Below, piece after piece: positions 27,952 through 28,332 of a stretch of DNA of 28,332 bases (its first letter is position 1; the number at the start of each line of letters is the position of its first letter). A model generated the notes under the pieces. It searched no databases, was not told where the DNA came from, and worked only from the letters and a program-made list of their open reading frames with translations. Source of the DNA: Nitrososphaeria archaeon (lineage in GTDB: Archaea; Thermoproteota; Nitrososphaeria; JACIWG01). The DNA lies in assembly GCA_050011875.1 (NCBI GenBank), contig JBEKIG010000020.1:1-28332 (forward strand), read 5' to 3'. A program made the translations under genes and the position numbers.

Positions 27952-28197
27952 CTATACTTTGAATGTGTCTCCTGTTATTAATGGATTGCATTTTTGCTGG
28001 AAAGCGTCAATGAGTCGGCGTTTAGGTTTTAACCCTGTGCAGTGGCATGGGTAAATGAAATCTGGATCGATTTCAATCAGGTCGTTTATGGTTGCTCCAA
28101 CTGTCGCCTCATTTGAATCTGTCAGATGGAAACCTCCAATTATAGCATGAACCTTCTTTACTCCAGTCAACTTTTGCGCTTGCTTGATAGTGTTTAT
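27952..28197 (-). pseudogene. C-terminal fragment of an MBL-fold metallo-hydrolase (DHPS-like/MptH-related family)
   Basis: INTIKQAQKLTGVKKVHAIIGGFHL...PCHCTG. The expected upstream GCxH and HxHxDH motifs are absent, and an in-frame stop lies near 28225. Confidence 0.8.
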
Positions 28198-28213
28198 TTC
28201 AATTACTATATTT

Positions 28214-28332
28214 TTATTTGATTAGAATTTTTGTAGACTGGTTGACAACATTGTCGTTTAGTTCAATGCCTAGGCCGGGAAGATCAGGAATTTCAAATTT
28301 TCCATTCTTTGGTTGATAGTTCTGTTTACAGA
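28214..28332 (-). CDS. C-terminus of a mandelate racemase/muconate lactonizing (enolase superfamily) enzyme, continuing beyond the window
   Basis: CKQNYQPKNGKFEIPDLPGLGIELNDNVVNQSTKILIK*, containing the PxxPGLGIEL motif. Confidence 0.8.
   Translation of the reverse strand, partial: CKQNYQPKNGKFEIPDLPGLGIELNDNVVNQSTKILIK

Noticed and set aside
1-28332. CRISPR array, tRNA/rRNA, IS element or integrase
   Set aside because: No regularly spaced repeats, cloverleaf or rRNA-like GC-rich tracts, terminal inverted repeats or transposase ORFs were seen by eye.

Overview
Archaeal genomic window, probably Bathyarchaeia-like. That assignment is inference from TATA/BRE promoters, leaderless small genes, GGTGA/GGAGG Shine-Dalgarno sites and the AOR, ACD and FprA gene types. 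From left to right: (1) a cluster of very small general-stress-type genes (PRC-barrel, DUF883/ElaB-like, CsbD-like, a 2-TM peptide, Lys/Glu-rich peptides) around a frameshifted radical SAM/SPASM gene; (2) an AT-rich, bacterial-type folate block (folP-folK-folA) bracketed by 5'-truncated remnants of two more folate genes (folB and an MTHFR-like gene), with an 18-bp hairpin in front of folP; (3) a HEPN-type ORF; (4) a translationally coupled trpE-G-D-C-B-A operon lacking trpF, with TRP-box-like palindromes at the promoter; (5) DtxR/MntR plus NRAMP with two clear operator palindromes; (6) FprA, Hsp20, a compact FdhF-like molybdopterin oxidoreductase, tungsten AOR, acdB-acdA and a SAM methyltransferase. 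Many intergenic gaps hold recognisable gene fragments with sharp junctions, so the region looks like a deletion-scarred mosaic. No rRNA, tRNA, CRISPR array or intact mobile element was seen. All family calls come from motif recognition by eye, not from database searches.
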